The position numbers were made by a program, and so were the translations under genes. Positions 37,144-50,445 of a stretch of 64,000 nt of DNA are shown here, piece after piece. The stretch's first letter is position 1. Each line of letters starts with the position of its first letter. Origin of the DNA: Chloroflexota bacterium (GTDB taxonomy: Bacteria; Chloroflexota; Dehalococcoidia; E44-bin15); contig JAXHUE010000001.1 of the NCBI GenBank assembly GCA_034189655.1, positions 58,022 to 122,021 on the forward strand, given 5' to 3'. The notes under the pieces were generated by a model that was given only the letters and a program-made list of their open reading frames with translations, was not told the origin of the DNA and made no database searches.

Positions 37144-38595
37144 ATGAGGGCACGCCACATAATGGCCCTTTTCATTTTCCTCGCGCTTTCTCTAGTGTTG
37201 GCCACCTCCCCGTCCTATGCCGCGCCTGGCGAGCTTCTGGCCAACGCCGGCTTCGAGCAGGACGGTGATGGCGACGGAATCCCGGACTCCTGGTCCAACT
37301 CCGCCGCCACCCTGGCCTGGGTCGAGCACCCGGTGCACAGCGGCGACCACGCCGCCAGCCTCACCACGACCAAGGACACAGGCCTCATATACCAGGCCGT
37401 CCTGGTACAACCCGGCGGCACCTACACCGTGCGTGGGTGGGCGGTGAAGGACGACGGCAACATCCATAGCGTGCACATCCGGATACGCTGGTACCAGAGC
37501 GACGACGGCTACGGCCCCGACATCCCCATCCATGCCTGCTCATCCCAGGCGCTGACCGACGACAGCCCCGACTATCGGGCCATGGACATAACGTGCAGCG
37601 CACCGCCCGATGCCCACTCTGCGCGCATCGAGTGCATCGTGGCCACGCTGATACCAGGCTCCGCGGGCACCGCCTACCTCGACGACATGAGCCTGGAGGG
37701 CCCCGCGCCCACACTCACACCTACAGCCACAGCCACACCCACAGCCACGCCCGCGCCGACATCGACGCCCACCCCCTCGCCGACACCGGCCCACACCCCC
37801 TCGCCGACGCAAGCGGCGACCCCGACACCGACAGCGACGCCGCCCGCGACGCCCACTCAAGGCGAGGCGAGCATGCCGTCACCATCGCCTGCGGGCACCA
37901 CGGCATCGAGGGGGCAGGTGCTCATCAACGAGGTGCTCTACGACCCCGTGCAGAGCCCCGAGGCCAGCTTCGAGTGGGTGGAGCTGTACAACCCCACGGA
38001 CAGCGCCGTGGAGCTCATAGGGTGGACCATACGCGACAACTACGAGAGTGACCCCATCCCCCCCATCTCCCTGCCACCGGGCGGCTTCGCCGTCGTCGCA
38101 GCTACGGAGGACTTTATCAGTGCCTTCCCCCACTTCGACGGCAGCATCGTATACCTCGACGGCACCATCGGCAACGGCCTAAACAACAGCGACGGGGACC
38201 AAGTAGTCCTGGCAGACAGCGCGGGAAACGTCGTCGATTCCCTCTCCTACGGCGGCGACGCCTCCCAGATGTCTACGCCCTGTCCCAGGGTGGCCCAGGG
38301 CCACTCGCTGGAGCGCTCGCCGCAGGGGGGCCAGTTCGCCGATAACCCCGTGCCCTCTCCAGGGGGGGGACTGTCACCACCCCCCAGCCCCACGCCCCAG
38401 CCAACGCCAACGCCGACGGTAGCGGAGACGGCACAGCCCGCGCCCACCGCCACACAGCCCACGGCCCCGCCCACAGGCAGCCCGCCGCCGGGGCGCCCCT
38501 CGCTGCCCCAGAACGCGCAGAGGGCCATCGTCGTGGTATCGGCCCTGGCCGTCTTCGTCGTCATCCTGCTGGTCGGGAGATGGCGTAGAAGATAA
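37144..38595 (+). CDS. secreted lamin-tail-domain (LTD) protein with N-terminal CBM-like beta-sandwich, Pro/Thr linkers and C-terminal TM anchor
   Basis: Signal peptide (MRARHIMALFIFLALSLVLA). The LTD signature is QVLINEVLYDP...EWVELYNPTDSAVELIGWTIRD. Two PT-rich linkers. The C-terminal hydrophobic helix is followed by RWRRR. Confidence 0.8.
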   Translation: MRARHIMALFIFLALSLVLATSPSYAAPGELLANAGFEQDGDGDGIPDSWSNSAATLAWVEHPVHSGDHAASLTTTKDTGLIYQAVLVQPGGTYTVRGWAVKDDGNIHSVHIRIRWYQSDDGYGPDIPIHACSSQALTDDSPDYRAMDITCSAPPDAHSARIECIVATLIPGSAGTAYLDDMSLEGPAPTLTPTATATPTATPAPTSTPTPSPTPAHTPSPTQAATPTPTATPPATPTQGEASMPSPSPAGTTASRGQVLINEVLYDPVQSPEASFEWVELYNPTDSAVELIGWTIRDNYESDPIPPISLPPGGFAVVAATEDFISAFPHFDGSIVYLDGTIGNGLNNSDGDQVVLADSAGNVVDSLSYGGDASQMSTPCPRVAQGHSLERSPQGGQFADNPVPSPGGGLSPPPSPTPQPTPTPTVAETAQPAPTATQPTAPPTGSPPPGRPSLPQNAQRAIVVVSALAVFVVILLVGRWRRR

Positions 38596-38641
38596 TTGCC
38601 TTCGGCCGCCCACTGGACTATAATGCTCTGTAGCAGAAGAC

Positions 38642-39304
38642 ATGTCCATCCCATCGACGATCGCCATTGACGGGCCGGTGGCATCAGGCAAGAGCACCGT
38701 GGGTGCGTGCCTGGCGCGTAGGCTCGGCTACCGCTACGTAGACACCGGCACCATGTACCGCGCCCTCGCGCTCGTAGCGGTGAGGCTGGGCATCGACCTC
38801 GAGGACGAGGGTGAGCTGGAGAGGCTTGCCCGCGAGACCAGCATCGATGTCACCGCAGACAGCAAGGTGCTGGTCAACGGTCGCGACGTGTCGGCAGGGC
38901 TCACGCGGCGGGAGGTAGAGGCCGCCGTCTCGCTGGTGGCCAGGGCGGCCGGCGTGAGGCAGGTGCTGGTGGCACAGCAGCGCCAGATGGCCCAGGGGGG
39001 CAGCGTGGTCATGGTGGGGAGGGACATCGGTACCACCGTTATGCCCGATGCCGAGCTCAAGGTATATTTAGGTGCCTCTCCCCAGGAGAGGGCACGGCGG
39101 CGCTACAGTGAGGTGGTCAAGCGCGGCGAGGCGGCGCACCTCCCAGACATACTCGCCGACCTCGAGAGAAGGGACCGGATCGACAGCGAGCGCCTCATAT
39201 CCCCGCTGCAGCCAGCAGCAGACGCCGTGGTCATAGACACCGACGGCCTCACCATAGAGCAGGTCATAGCCCAGATCATGGGCATCATGGGAGAAGGGCC
39301 TTGA
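38642..39304 (+). CDS. cmk: cytidylate kinase
   Basis: P-loop IAIDGPVASGKST and Cmk-specific insertion. Overlaps plsC start. Confidence 0.9.
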   Translation: MSIPSTIAIDGPVASGKSTVGACLARRLGYRYVDTGTMYRALALVAVRLGIDLEDEGELERLARETSIDVTADSKVLVNGRDVSAGLTRREVEAAVSLVARAAGVRQVLVAQQRQMAQGGSVVMVGRDIGTTVMPDAELKVYLGASPQERARRRYSEVVKRGEAAHLPDILADLERRDRIDSERLISPLQPAADAVVIDTDGLTIEQVIAQIMGIMGEGP

Positions 39305-39960
39305 GGCTATTCTACGTCCTATTCTACCACCTGGGCACGGCGCTTATCGCCAAGCCCTTCCTGGTCCTCTTTACCCGCTGGCGCATAACCGGCAAGGAGC
39401 ACTGCCCGCAGGAGGGCCCACTCATCGTGGTGGCCAACCACCTGCACCTCTTCGACCCCCCGCTGCTGGGGGCCAGCGTCTCCAGGCGGATCGTGTTCAT
39501 GGCCAAGGAGGAGGTCTTTCGCCACCCCTTGGAGGGCCCGCTGGTGCGCGGCTACGGGGCCTTTCCGGTGCGGCGCGCCATCCTCGACCGTGAGGCGCTG
39601 CGGCGCGCGGAGCAGGTGCTGGCGGAAGGGCTCGCCCTGGGCATGTTCCCCGAAGGCACCAGGAGCAAGGCGGCGCAGTTGCAGCCGGGCCTCTCCGGGG
39701 CGGCGCTCCTCGCCATCCGCAGCGGTGCCCCAATCCTCCCCGTGGGCATCTCAGGGACGGACAGGCTGAAGAGCATCTCCGGCCTCTTAAGCAGGCCCAC
39801 GGTGACGGTGAACATCGGGCCGCCGTTCCACGTGTCGCAGCGCGACGGCAGGGTGACCAAGGCCCAGCTCACCGCCGCCACCGACCTCATGATGAGGCGC
39901 ATCGCCGAGCTGCTCCCTGAGGGCTATCGCGGCGTCTACGGGGGGAACGGCATCTCATGA
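39301..39960 (+). CDS. plsC: 1-acyl-sn-glycerol-3-phosphate acyltransferase
   Basis: HxxxxD acyltransferase motif (NHLHLFD) and FPEGTRS motif. TTG start overlapping the cmk stop. Confidence 0.85.
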   Translation: MRLFYVLFYHLGTALIAKPFLVLFTRWRITGKEHCPQEGPLIVVANHLHLFDPPLLGASVSRRIVFMAKEEVFRHPLEGPLVRGYGAFPVRRAILDREALRRAEQVLAEGLALGMFPEGTRSKAAQLQPGLSGAALLAIRSGAPILPVGISGTDRLKSISGLLSRPTVTVNIGPPFHVSQRDGRVTKAQLTAATDLMMRRIAELLPEGYRGVYGGNGIS

Positions 39961-40814
39961 GCAAGGGCCCGGTCATAGAGAAGGCCGCCGAGCTGGGGTT
40001 CTGCCTCGGCGTGAGGCGGGCCATCGATACCATAGAGAGGACGGCCCAGGAGGTAGCGGCGGCAGAGACCCTGGGGCCTATCGTGCACAACCAGCAGGTC
40101 ACGGAGCGGCTGGCCGGCCTGGGGATCAGTATCGCGCCCGACGTGAGCGCCGTCCAGTGCGATACCGTGGTCGTCAGCAGCCACGGGGTCAGCCCCCAGG
40201 TGGTGGCGGAGATAGAGGCCCGCGGGCTGCGCATGGTCGATACCACGTGTCCCTTCGTCCGCCGCGTCCAGCTCGCCGCCCGCAGGCTCGCCGATGCCGG
40301 CTTCTCCATCGTCATCTACGGCGACGAGGCCCACCCCGAGATCAACGGCGTGCTGGGATGGGCCCAGGGGAAGGGCATCGCCGCCCTGGAGTTGCCCCAG
40401 TTCACCAGGCCGCCGCGACGGGTGGGCATACTGTCCCAGACCACGCAGAGCTTCCCCGGCTTTCTGCGCTTCGTGTCGGAGTTCAGCCACGCATACCTGG
40501 AAGACATCCTGGAGCTGCGGGTGCTGAACACCATATGCGATGCCACCCTGAAGAGGCAGCAGGCGGCCCTGGAGTTGGCGCGCCGGGCAGACCTGGTCAT
40601 CGTGGTGGGCTCGCGGCACAGCGCCAACACGCGGCGCCTCGCCGAGCTCTGCACCGCCACCGGGGTGGAGACCCACCACATCGAGAGGGCAGAGGAGATA
40701 GACCCCTCGTGGCTCATCGGCCGCCACCACATCGGGGTGACCGCCGGGGCCTCCACGCCCGACGAGGTCATCGACCAGGTGATAGCCACGCTTAAGGAGA
40801 CCTCCCCACAGTGA
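39957..40814 (+). CDS. ispH: 4-hydroxy-3-methylbut-2-enyl diphosphate reductase
   Basis: LytB family with three conserved Cys and VHNQQV, SSHG, SANT motifs. ATGA overlap with plsC. Confidence 0.95.
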   Translation: MSKGPVIEKAAELGFCLGVRRAIDTIERTAQEVAAAETLGPIVHNQQVTERLAGLGISIAPDVSAVQCDTVVVSSHGVSPQVVAEIEARGLRMVDTTCPFVRRVQLAARRLADAGFSIVIYGDEAHPEINGVLGWAQGKGIAALELPQFTRPPRRVGILSQTTQSFPGFLRFVSEFSHAYLEDILELRVLNTICDATLKRQQAALELARRADLVIVVGSRHSANTRRLAELCTATGVETHHIERAEEIDPSWLIGRHHIGVTAGASTPDEVIDQVIATLKETSPQ

Positions 40815-40883
40815 GGGCGTGGCCCCTCCGGGCCGTGGGGTGCGGGCGCGTGGCCCCGCTCGCTGTGTCCCACCCCCTCATGT

Positions 40884-40892
40884 GGTATAATG
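40884..40892 (+). promoter_or_regulatory. extended -10 element TGgTATAAT upstream of ppdK
   Basis: Seen directly. Implies a leader of about 165 nt before the ATG at 41065. Confidence 0.4.
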
Positions 40893-41064
40893 TACGATTG
40901 CCGCGTGAGCTGCCCCCACCAGGGCGGCCACGGGGAGATGCCATACCACCGCACTGAAAAAAGGAGGGCCCGACACTGCACGGGCCATGCCCCGGGAGGG
41001 GTGGGCGCCCATCGTGCCGGAGCGCACGCGAGAGCTTGCTTTTGTTGAAGGAGTGTGAGACCGC

Positions 41065-43866
<2,802 letters not shown>

Positions 43867-43907
43867 GAGCGTGGGGGGGGTGATGGGCCATCGGTCCCGG
43901 CTGTTCC

Positions 43908-44969
43908 ATGTTGTTGCGCCATGAGATAAGGCAGAGGATAGAGGAGGGGGAAGAGAGGCTCTCTCCCTATGCCGCGCGGAGCCGGCTCTCGCAGGGAAGG
44001 ACGAGGCCAGAAGAGCCCTGCCCGGTGCGCAGCGCCTTCCAGCGCGACCGCGACCGCATCATACACTGCAAGTCGTTTCGCCGCCTGATGCACAAGACCC
44101 AGGTATTCATCGCCCCCTTAGGCGATCACTATGTCACCCGGCTCACGCACACACACCAGGTCTCCCAGATCGCGCGCACCATCGCGCGGGCGCTCAACTT
44201 AAACGAGGACCTGGCCGAGGCCATCGCCCTGGGCCACGACCTGGGGCACCCCCCCTTCGGCCACGCCGGCGAGGAGGCCCTGGACCAGCTCTCTGCGGTG
44301 GGCTTCCGCCACAACGAGCAGAGCCTGCGGGTGGTGGAGGTGCTGGAGAACGAGGGGCAGGGGTTAAACCTCACCTGGGAGGTGCGGGACGGCATCGTGA
44401 AGCACTCCAAGCCTCGGGCGGGGATACTCTCCGGCGAGGGCATGGTGGCCGCCACTTTAGAGGGGCAGATATGCAAGGTGGCCGATGCCATCGCCTACAT
44501 CAATCACGACCTCGACGATGCCATAAGGGCGGGCATCATCGGCGACGACGACGTGCCCGCCGAGGTGAAGCGGCTCCTGGGAACCTCTCACCGGGAGCGC
44601 ATCAACACGCTGGTATGTGATATCATCGACAGCTCCTGGGCGGCGACGGGCTCGGCCGGCGAGGGGGGTATGCCCACGGTGGCGATGAGCCCGCCCATCG
44701 AGGGGGTGGCAGACGTGCTGCGCGACTTTCTCTTCCGCAGGGTCTACTGCCACCAGGCCCTGGAGGCGAGGAACGAGGCAGCCAGGAGGGCGCTGCGGGC
44801 GCTCTACCGGCACTACCGAGACAACCCTGACGCACCGGAGCTCAAGTATCGCCCCCCTGAGGCCGACGCCGAGCGCGCGGTGCTGGACTATATATCAGGG
44901 ATGACCGACCGCTATGCCTGGGACACCTACCGGCGCATCCACCCCGGGCTCGAGGTATCGCAGCTATGA
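43908..44969 (+). CDS. dgt: dGTP triphosphohydrolase-like HD-domain phosphohydrolase
   Basis: HD motif (HDLGHPPFGH), dGTPase-like length. First gene of the dgt-dnaG-rpoD string. Confidence 0.85.
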   Translation: MLLRHEIRQRIEEGEERLSPYAARSRLSQGRTRPEEPCPVRSAFQRDRDRIIHCKSFRRLMHKTQVFIAPLGDHYVTRLTHTHQVSQIARTIARALNLNEDLAEAIALGHDLGHPPFGHAGEEALDQLSAVGFRHNEQSLRVVEVLENEGQGLNLTWEVRDGIVKHSKPRAGILSGEGMVAATLEGQICKVADAIAYINHDLDDAIRAGIIGDDDVPAEVKRLLGTSHRERINTLVCDIIDSSWAATGSAGEGGMPTVAMSPPIEGVADVLRDFLFRRVYCHQALEARNEAARRALRALYRHYRDNPDAPELKYRPPEADAERAVLDYISGMTDRYAWDTYRRIHPGLEVSQL

Positions 44970-46807
44970 GCACCATCGACGAGATAAAGGAGAGGCTGGA
45001 CATCGCCGAAGTGGTCTCGCAGTACGTCCCGCTGCAGAAGTCGGGGCGCAACTTCAAGGCGCGGTGCCCCTTCCACACCGAGAAGACCCCCTCCTTCTTC
45101 GTCTTCCCGGAGAGGGGGACGTGGCACTGCTTCGGGAGCTGCGCCACCGGCGGCGACGTGTTCTCGTTCGTCATGAAGAAGGAGGGCATCGACTTCTCCG
45201 AGGCGCTCCGCCTCCTCGCCGAGAGGGCGGGGGTCGCCCTGCCCTCCAGGAAGCGGGAGAGGTCAGAGGAGGCGCGCGCCGAGCGGCTCTATGGGGCCAT
45301 GGAGGCGGCGGCCCTGTTCTACCACCGCACGCTGCGGGAGGCCGCGAGCGCCGAGGCGGCGCGCCGTCACCTCGCCCACCGCGGCATAAGTGCCGACACC
45401 ATCGAGCGCTTCCAGTTGGGCTACAGCCCCGATGCCCGCGACGCGCTGCGGGCACACCTCGCAGAGCGGGGGTACAGCCCCGACGAGCTCACCGCGGCCG
45501 GCCTCATCGTGGCGCGCGAGGACGGGGGGTGGCGCGACATGTTCCGCAACCGGCTCATGGTACCCATCGCCAGCGAGAAGGGGAGGGTGATCGGGTTCGG
45601 TGCCCGCGCCCTGGGCGATGGGACGCCCAAGTACATGAACTCGCCGCAGTCGGCGCTGTTCGATAAGAGCGGGAGCCTCTTCGGGCTGGACCGGGCCAGG
45701 GAGGCCATCAGGGAGCAGGGCCTGGTCATCATCGTCGAGGGGTACATGGACGCCCTCATCGCCCACCAGTACGGGTTCGCCAACGTGGTCGCCTCCATGG
45801 GGACATCGCTCACCCGGAGGCACGTAGACCTGGTGAAGCGGCTCACCAGGAACATCGCCCTCGCCCTGGATGCCGATGCCGCCGGCGACCAGGCCACGCT
45901 GCGCGGCCTCGAGGTGGCCCGCCACGCCTTGAGCGAGCCGGTCGCCGCCGCGGAGCGGGACTTCCTGGGCGATACCTCGAAGGTAAAGGGGAGCCTGAAG
46001 GTCATCTGCCTGCCCAGGGGGAAAGACCCCGACGAGGTGATCCGGGAGGACCCCCAGCAGTGGCAGGCCCTGGTCGGCGGGGCGGTACCGGTCATGGACT
46101 ACCTGTTCCAGGCGGCGATCGCCGCCGTCGACTTAAGCCACGAGGCGGGGAAATCGCAGGCAGTGGCAGAGCTCCTGCCGCTGATATCAAAGATAGACGA
46201 CTGGGTGGAGCGAGAGCTCTACCTAAAGCGCCTGTCCCACCTGGTGGGCGTGGACGAGAAGACCCTCGCCGGCGAGCTGGCCAGGCGTCGCGCCACGGCC
46301 AGGGAGCGGCCCACACCGAGAGCAAAGAGGGCAGAGGCCGCGGTCGCCGCCCGCGCCCTGCGCCACCCGGTGGAGGAGTACTGCCTCTCCCTCCTGCTCC
46401 AGAACCCAGAGCTCGGCGAGAGCGGGGAGGCCATCCCGCCGGAGCACTTCCTGGGCACGGAGAACCGCGAGCTCTACCTGGCGTGGAGGGGATGTCGCGA
46501 CATAGACGAGCTGCGCTCGACGGTCGACGAGGGCCTGCACGAGCACTTAGACCGACTGGCGAGCCGGGAGCTGCCCCCATCCGACGGAAAGGGGCTGAAG
46601 GCGGCCTTCGCCGAGTGCACCCGCCGCCTCGAGGAGCAGAGGCTGAGACGGCTCATGGCCATCGAGGAGGTGCTGATCACGGAGGCGGAGGCGGAGGGAA
46701 AGGCAGAGGAGGTCCAGGCGCTCCTGGAGCGGGCGCTGGGACCGACCACCAAGCTGAGAGACCTCTTCCACGAGGGGAGAAAGGGACAAAAAGGAGCAGA
46801 TAGATGA
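44966..46807 (+). CDS. dnaG: DNA primase
   Basis: Zinc-ribbon [11 protein letters not shown]...CFGC, TOPRIM domain (EGYMD, DADAAG). ATGA overlaps with both neighbours. Confidence 0.95.
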   Translation: MSTIDEIKERLDIAEVVSQYVPLQKSGRNFKARCPFHTEKTPSFFVFPERGTWHCFGSCATGGDVFSFVMKKEGIDFSEALRLLAERAGVALPSRKRERSEEARAERLYGAMEAAALFYHRTLREAASAEAARRHLAHRGISADTIERFQLGYSPDARDALRAHLAERGYSPDELTAAGLIVAREDGGWRDMFRNRLMVPIASEKGRVIGFGARALGDGTPKYMNSPQSALFDKSGSLFGLDRAREAIREQGLVIIVEGYMDALIAHQYGFANVVASMGTSLTRRHVDLVKRLTRNIALALDADAAGDQATLRGLEVARHALSEPVAAAERDFLGDTSKVKGSLKVICLPRGKDPDEVIREDPQQWQALVGGAVPVMDYLFQAAIAAVDLSHEAGKSQAVAELLPLISKIDDWVERELYLKRLSHLVGVDEKTLAGELARRRATARERPTPRAKRAEAAVAARALRHPVEEYCLSLLLQNPELGESGEAIPPEHFLGTENRELYLAWRGCRDIDELRSTVDEGLHEHLDRLASRELPPSDGKGLKAAFAECTRRLEEQRLRRLMAIEEVLITEAEAEGKAEEVQALLERALGPTTKLRDLFHEGRKGQKGADR

Positions 46808-48360
46808 CGTCGGGAGAGGGCGAGAACAACAGAGACCTCTTCCCCAAGAAGAAGAGGAACGGCGATGACCTGGGGGAAACGCCCCACGTCCAATCAGGGA
46901 TGGGGCCCTTAAACGATATATATACTGCGCTCACCGACGAAGACGCCCTCGTCGAAGAGGTGAAGCGCCAGGCCCCCAAGTGGCTGGAGCCGGATCCCCC
47001 CGAGCCCGAGGAGGGGGATGAGCCCAAGCTCGATGCCGAGCCCGACGTCGAGCCGGAGGCGGCACCGGGGATCGAGGAGCAGGAGTTCATCGACGACCCG
47101 GTGCGCATGTACCTGCGCGAGATCGGCAGGGTATCCCTGTTAAGCGCCGAGGACGAGAAGCGCCTCGCCAGCAAGATGGAGCAGCACAGGTACATCAAGA
47201 ACCTGGAGCGCAACTGGGCGGAGAGCTACGGCGCGCCGCCCTCTGCGACCCACATAGTGACGACACTCCTGGAAAGGGTGTGCCAGTCCGCCCTCCTCCT
47301 CGACCTTCTAGAGGAGCAGCTCGAGCTGCCGCCCACCCCTACCCTCAAGGAGATGATCACCCACCCCCAGTTCCGCAGTGCCCTGGATGGAGAGATCGAC
47401 CAGCGGCTGGTCAAGGCCATCGCCGACAGGACATTGAATACCGCGGTGGCAATAGAGCACTCACTGGTAGACCTGTCCCTCGACACCCTCCTCCTGCCCC
47501 CGGAGATGCTGGAGGCCATCGAGGGCAGGGACATCTCCCAGGTGAGGGCCCTCTTAAAGGATGCCGACTTCCACGCCTCCATGCGCTCCCACGAGAAAGA
47601 GTTCAAGGCACACCTCGACACCGTCGAGCGCGAGGCAGAGAAGGCGGAGAGACACCTCACCGAGGCCAACCTGCGCCTGGTGGTGAGCGTGGCCAAGAAG
47701 TACATCGGGCGCGGCATGTCGCTGCTCGACCTGATACAGGAGGGCAACATCGGCCTTATCCGCGCGGTGGAGAAGTTCGACTACCGCAAGGGCTACAAGT
47801 TCAGCACCTACGCCACGTGGTGGATCAGGCAGGCCATCACCAGGGCCATCGCCGACCAGGCGCGCACCATCCGCATCCCGGTGCACATGGTGGAGACCAT
47901 AAACAAGCTGCTGCGCATAAGCCGCCGCCTGGTGCAGGAGTACGGGCGCGAGCCCACCAGCGAGGAGCTGAGCCGGGGCATGGAGGTCACGCCGGAGAAG
48001 GTGCGGGAGATAATCAAGGTATCCCAGGAGCCGGTGTCGCTGGAGACACCGGTGGGCGAGGAGGAGGACAGCCACCTGGGGGACTTCATCGAAGACCGCA
48101 CGGCACTGGCGCCGGTCGACGTCGCCTCTCACCAGCTCCTGAAGGAGCAGATCGACGACGTGCTCTCCTCGTTGAACGCCCGGGAGCGCCGGGTGCTCCA
48201 GCTCAGGTTTGGCCTGGAGGACGGCCGCAGCCGCACACTGGAGGAGGTGGGGCGGGAGTTCGGCGTCACCCGGGAGCGCATACGCCAGATCGAGGCCAAG
48301 GCACTGCGCAAGCTGCGCCACCCCAGCCGCTCCAAGAAACTCAAGGACTACCTGGAGTAG
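46804..48360 (+). CDS. rpoD: RNA polymerase primary sigma factor (sigma-70)
   Basis: Regions 1.2, 2 ([36 protein letters not shown]), 3 and 4 ([12 protein letters not shown]) are all present. Confidence 0.95.
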   Translation: MTSGEGENNRDLFPKKKRNGDDLGETPHVQSGMGPLNDIYTALTDEDALVEEVKRQAPKWLEPDPPEPEEGDEPKLDAEPDVEPEAAPGIEEQEFIDDPVRMYLREIGRVSLLSAEDEKRLASKMEQHRYIKNLERNWAESYGAPPSATHIVTTLLERVCQSALLLDLLEEQLELPPTPTLKEMITHPQFRSALDGEIDQRLVKAIADRTLNTAVAIEHSLVDLSLDTLLLPPEMLEAIEGRDISQVRALLKDADFHASMRSHEKEFKAHLDTVEREAEKAERHLTEANLRLVVSVAKKYIGRGMSLLDLIQEGNIGLIRAVEKFDYRKGYKFSTYATWWIRQAITRAIADQARTIRIPVHMVETINKLLRISRRLVQEYGREPTSEELSRGMEVTPEKVREIIKVSQEPVSLETPVGEEEDSHLGDFIEDRTALAPVDVASHQLLKEQIDDVLSSLNARERRVLQLRFGLEDGRSRTLEEVGREFGVTRERIRQIEAKALRKLRHPSRSKKLKDYLE

Positions 48361-48366
48361 AGGACT

Positions 48367-48966
48367 ATGGGCAACCTTATCAGGACCTTCTTCCTTTTCC
48401 TGGGCGCCGTCTTCGCCCTTCTGCTCTTCGTCGGCGGCGTCTTCGGCTACCTCATCACCGGGCCGGCCCCGGTATACGAGGGCACCGTGGACGTCGCGGT
48501 GAGCCCGGCAGCGGCGGAGCGCTTCGATAGCAAGATAGAGGCGCTGAAAGAAGAGATAGCACTGGCCCAGTCAACGGGCTACCCGCGGGAAATCGCTATG
48601 ACCTTTACCGAAGAGGAGGCCAGCTCCTGGGTGGCCGCCCTCGCCGAGGACAACGAGCTCCCGGTGAGCATGAAGTTCATCCAGATACAGTTCCGCGACG
48701 GCGTGGTACAGGCCTCGGCCACGGCCGACATGGTGGTCGATGTGCATGTGGTGACGCAGGCCCAGATAGCGGTGAGCGAGGGCAAGCCCGATATAAGTGT
48801 GCAGAACCTCCACCTGGGGAGGCTGCCCATCCCCCAGACGCTCACCAACCAGGTGATGGTGGCCCTCATGACCGAGCTGGAACAGCGCTATGACGGGTTC
48901 CCCATCGAGCTCCAGGACGTAGCCGTCGAGGGGGGGGAGCTCACCATCACCGGCGTGACCAGGTAA
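48367..48966 (+). CDS. hypothetical membrane-anchored protein
   Basis: N-terminal TM helix (LIRTFFLFLGAVFALLLFVGGVF), no recognisable domain. Immediately follows rpoD. Confidence 0.5.
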   Translation: MGNLIRTFFLFLGAVFALLLFVGGVFGYLITGPAPVYEGTVDVAVSPAAAERFDSKIEALKEEIALAQSTGYPREIAMTFTEEEASSWVAALAEDNELPVSMKFIQIQFRDGVVQASATADMVVDVHVVTQAQIAVSEGKPDISVQNLHLGRLPIPQTLTNQVMVALMTELEQRYDGFPIELQDVAVEGGELTITGVTR

Positions 48967-50292
48967 TCAGCGCATGAGCTGGCCCAGGTTCCTCCCCTTC
49001 CCCTGTGCCATGTGTTTCATCAGCTTCTGGGCCTGGCGGAACTGGTTCAGGAGCTGGTTTATGTCCTGCGGCGTTGTCCCGCTGCCGCGGGCGATGCGGC
49101 GCTTCCTGCTGCCATCGATGATATCGGGGCGGCGCCGCTCCTCCGGGGTCATGGAGAGGATCATGGCCTCGATCTTCTTGAGCTGACCATCGTCCACCTC
49201 GGCGTTGGCGCGGCGGGCCAGGGGCGAGATGCCGGGTATCATGTCCACCAGTTGGTCCAGTGGCCCCATCTTCTTCATCTCGCGCAGCTGCCACAGGAAG
49301 TCCTCCAGGTCCATGGTGGCGTGGCGCGCCTTGCGCTCCACCTTCTTGGCCCGCTCCTGGTCGAAGGACTTCTCGGCACGCTCTATCAGGGTGAGCATGT
49401 CCCCCATGCCCAGGATGCGCGAGGCGAGGCGGTCGGGGTGGAAGGCCTCCAGTGCGTCGGGCTTCTCGCCGGTGCCGATGAACTTGACGGGCACCCCGGT
49501 GACCGACTTGATGGAGAGGGCGGCCCCGCCGCGGGCATCGCCGTCCATCTTGGTGAGTATCAGGCCGGTGAGGCCCACCCTGGCGTGGAACTCCTCGGCG
49601 GCGCGCACCGCGTCCTGCCCGGTCATGGCGTCGACCACCAGGAGCACCTCGTGAGGCTTTAGCTCCTTCTTGATATCGGCGGCCTCCCTCATCATCTCGT
49701 CATCGATGTGGAGGCGGCCGCCGGTATCGGCTATCACCCACGTCGCCGCCACCTCGCGGGCGCGCTTCAGCGCGTGGGCGCACACCGCGGTAGGCCGCGA
49801 GGAGGTTCCTTCGTCGTACACCGTTATATCTAGCTGGCGGCCCAGCGTCTGTAGCTGCTCGATGGCGGCGGGCCGCTTTAAGTCGGCGGCGACGAGGAGG
49901 GGGCGATGGCCCGACGACTTCAAGTGAAGCCCCAGCTTGGCCGCAGTGGAGGTCTTCCCCGAGCCCTGGAGCCCCACCAGCATCACGATGGTCGGCGGGT
50001 GGCTGGCCTGGGACAGGCGGCTGGGGCTCCCCCCCAGTATGCCGACGAGCTCCTCGCTCACCACCTTGACCACCTGCTGGCCGGGCGTCAAGCTCTCCAT
50101 CACCTCGGCGCCCAGGGAGCGCTCCCTCACCCTGGAGCAGAACTCCTTCACCACCTTGAAGTTGACGTCGGCCTCGAGGAGCGCCAGCCTCACCTCGCGC
50201 AGCGCCTCGTCGACGTCCTTCTCGCTGAGCCGGCCCTTGCCCCCCAGCCTCTTGAATATACCGCCAAGCCTCTCCGATAGCGCCTCGAACAT
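48967..50292 (-). CDS. ffh: signal recognition particle protein
   Basis: N-domain, SRP GTPase G-domain (GLQGSGKTT, DTGGR, TKMD) and Met-rich M-domain. Start at MFEALSERL. Confidence 0.95.
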   Translation of the reverse strand: MFEALSERLGGIFKRLGGKGRLSEKDVDEALREVRLALLEADVNFKVVKEFCSRVRERSLGAEVMESLTPGQQVVKVVSEELVGILGGSPSRLSQASHPPTIVMLVGLQGSGKTSTAAKLGLHLKSSGHRPLLVAADLKRPAAIEQLQTLGRQLDITVYDEGTSSRPTAVCAHALKRAREVAATWVIADTGGRLHIDDEMMREAADIKKELKPHEVLLVVDAMTGQDAVRAAEEFHARVGLTGLILTKMDGDARGGAALSIKSVTGVPVKFIGTGEKPDALEAFHPDRLASRILGMGDMLTLIERAEKSFDQERAKKVERKARHATMDLEDFLWQLREMKKMGPLDQLVDMIPGISPLARRANAEVDDGQLKKIEAMILSMTPEERRRPDIIDGSRKRRIARGSGTTPQDINQLLNQFRQAQKLMKHMAQGKGRNLGQLMR

Positions 50293-50311
50293 CTCTCCCC
50301 CTGTAGCCACC

Positions 50312-50341
50312 ATTGTACCGGGCCGGGGCAAGCGTGGTCAA
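50312..50341 (-). promoter_or_regulatory. ffh promoter TTGACC-N18-TACAAT
   Basis: Minus-strand read: TTGACC acgcttgccccggcccgg TACAAT, about 20 nt upstream of the ffh ATG. Confidence 0.5.
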
Positions 50342-50445
50342 GCGCGCTACCTGGAGGAGCCCTGGGAAGCGTGGGCGCAGTCAGTGGGGGGCTTGTTGGG
50401 GAAGGGCTGCACCCGCAGCGGCGTACGCGGCCTACTGATGCCTTT

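Noticed and set aside
37700-37870. Short tandem ACC/CCG/ACA-rich repeats, considered as a possible tandem repeat or CRISPR-like array
   Set aside because: Irregular period. In-frame coding for Pro/Thr/Ala linker of the LTD protein. No spacer-repeat structure.
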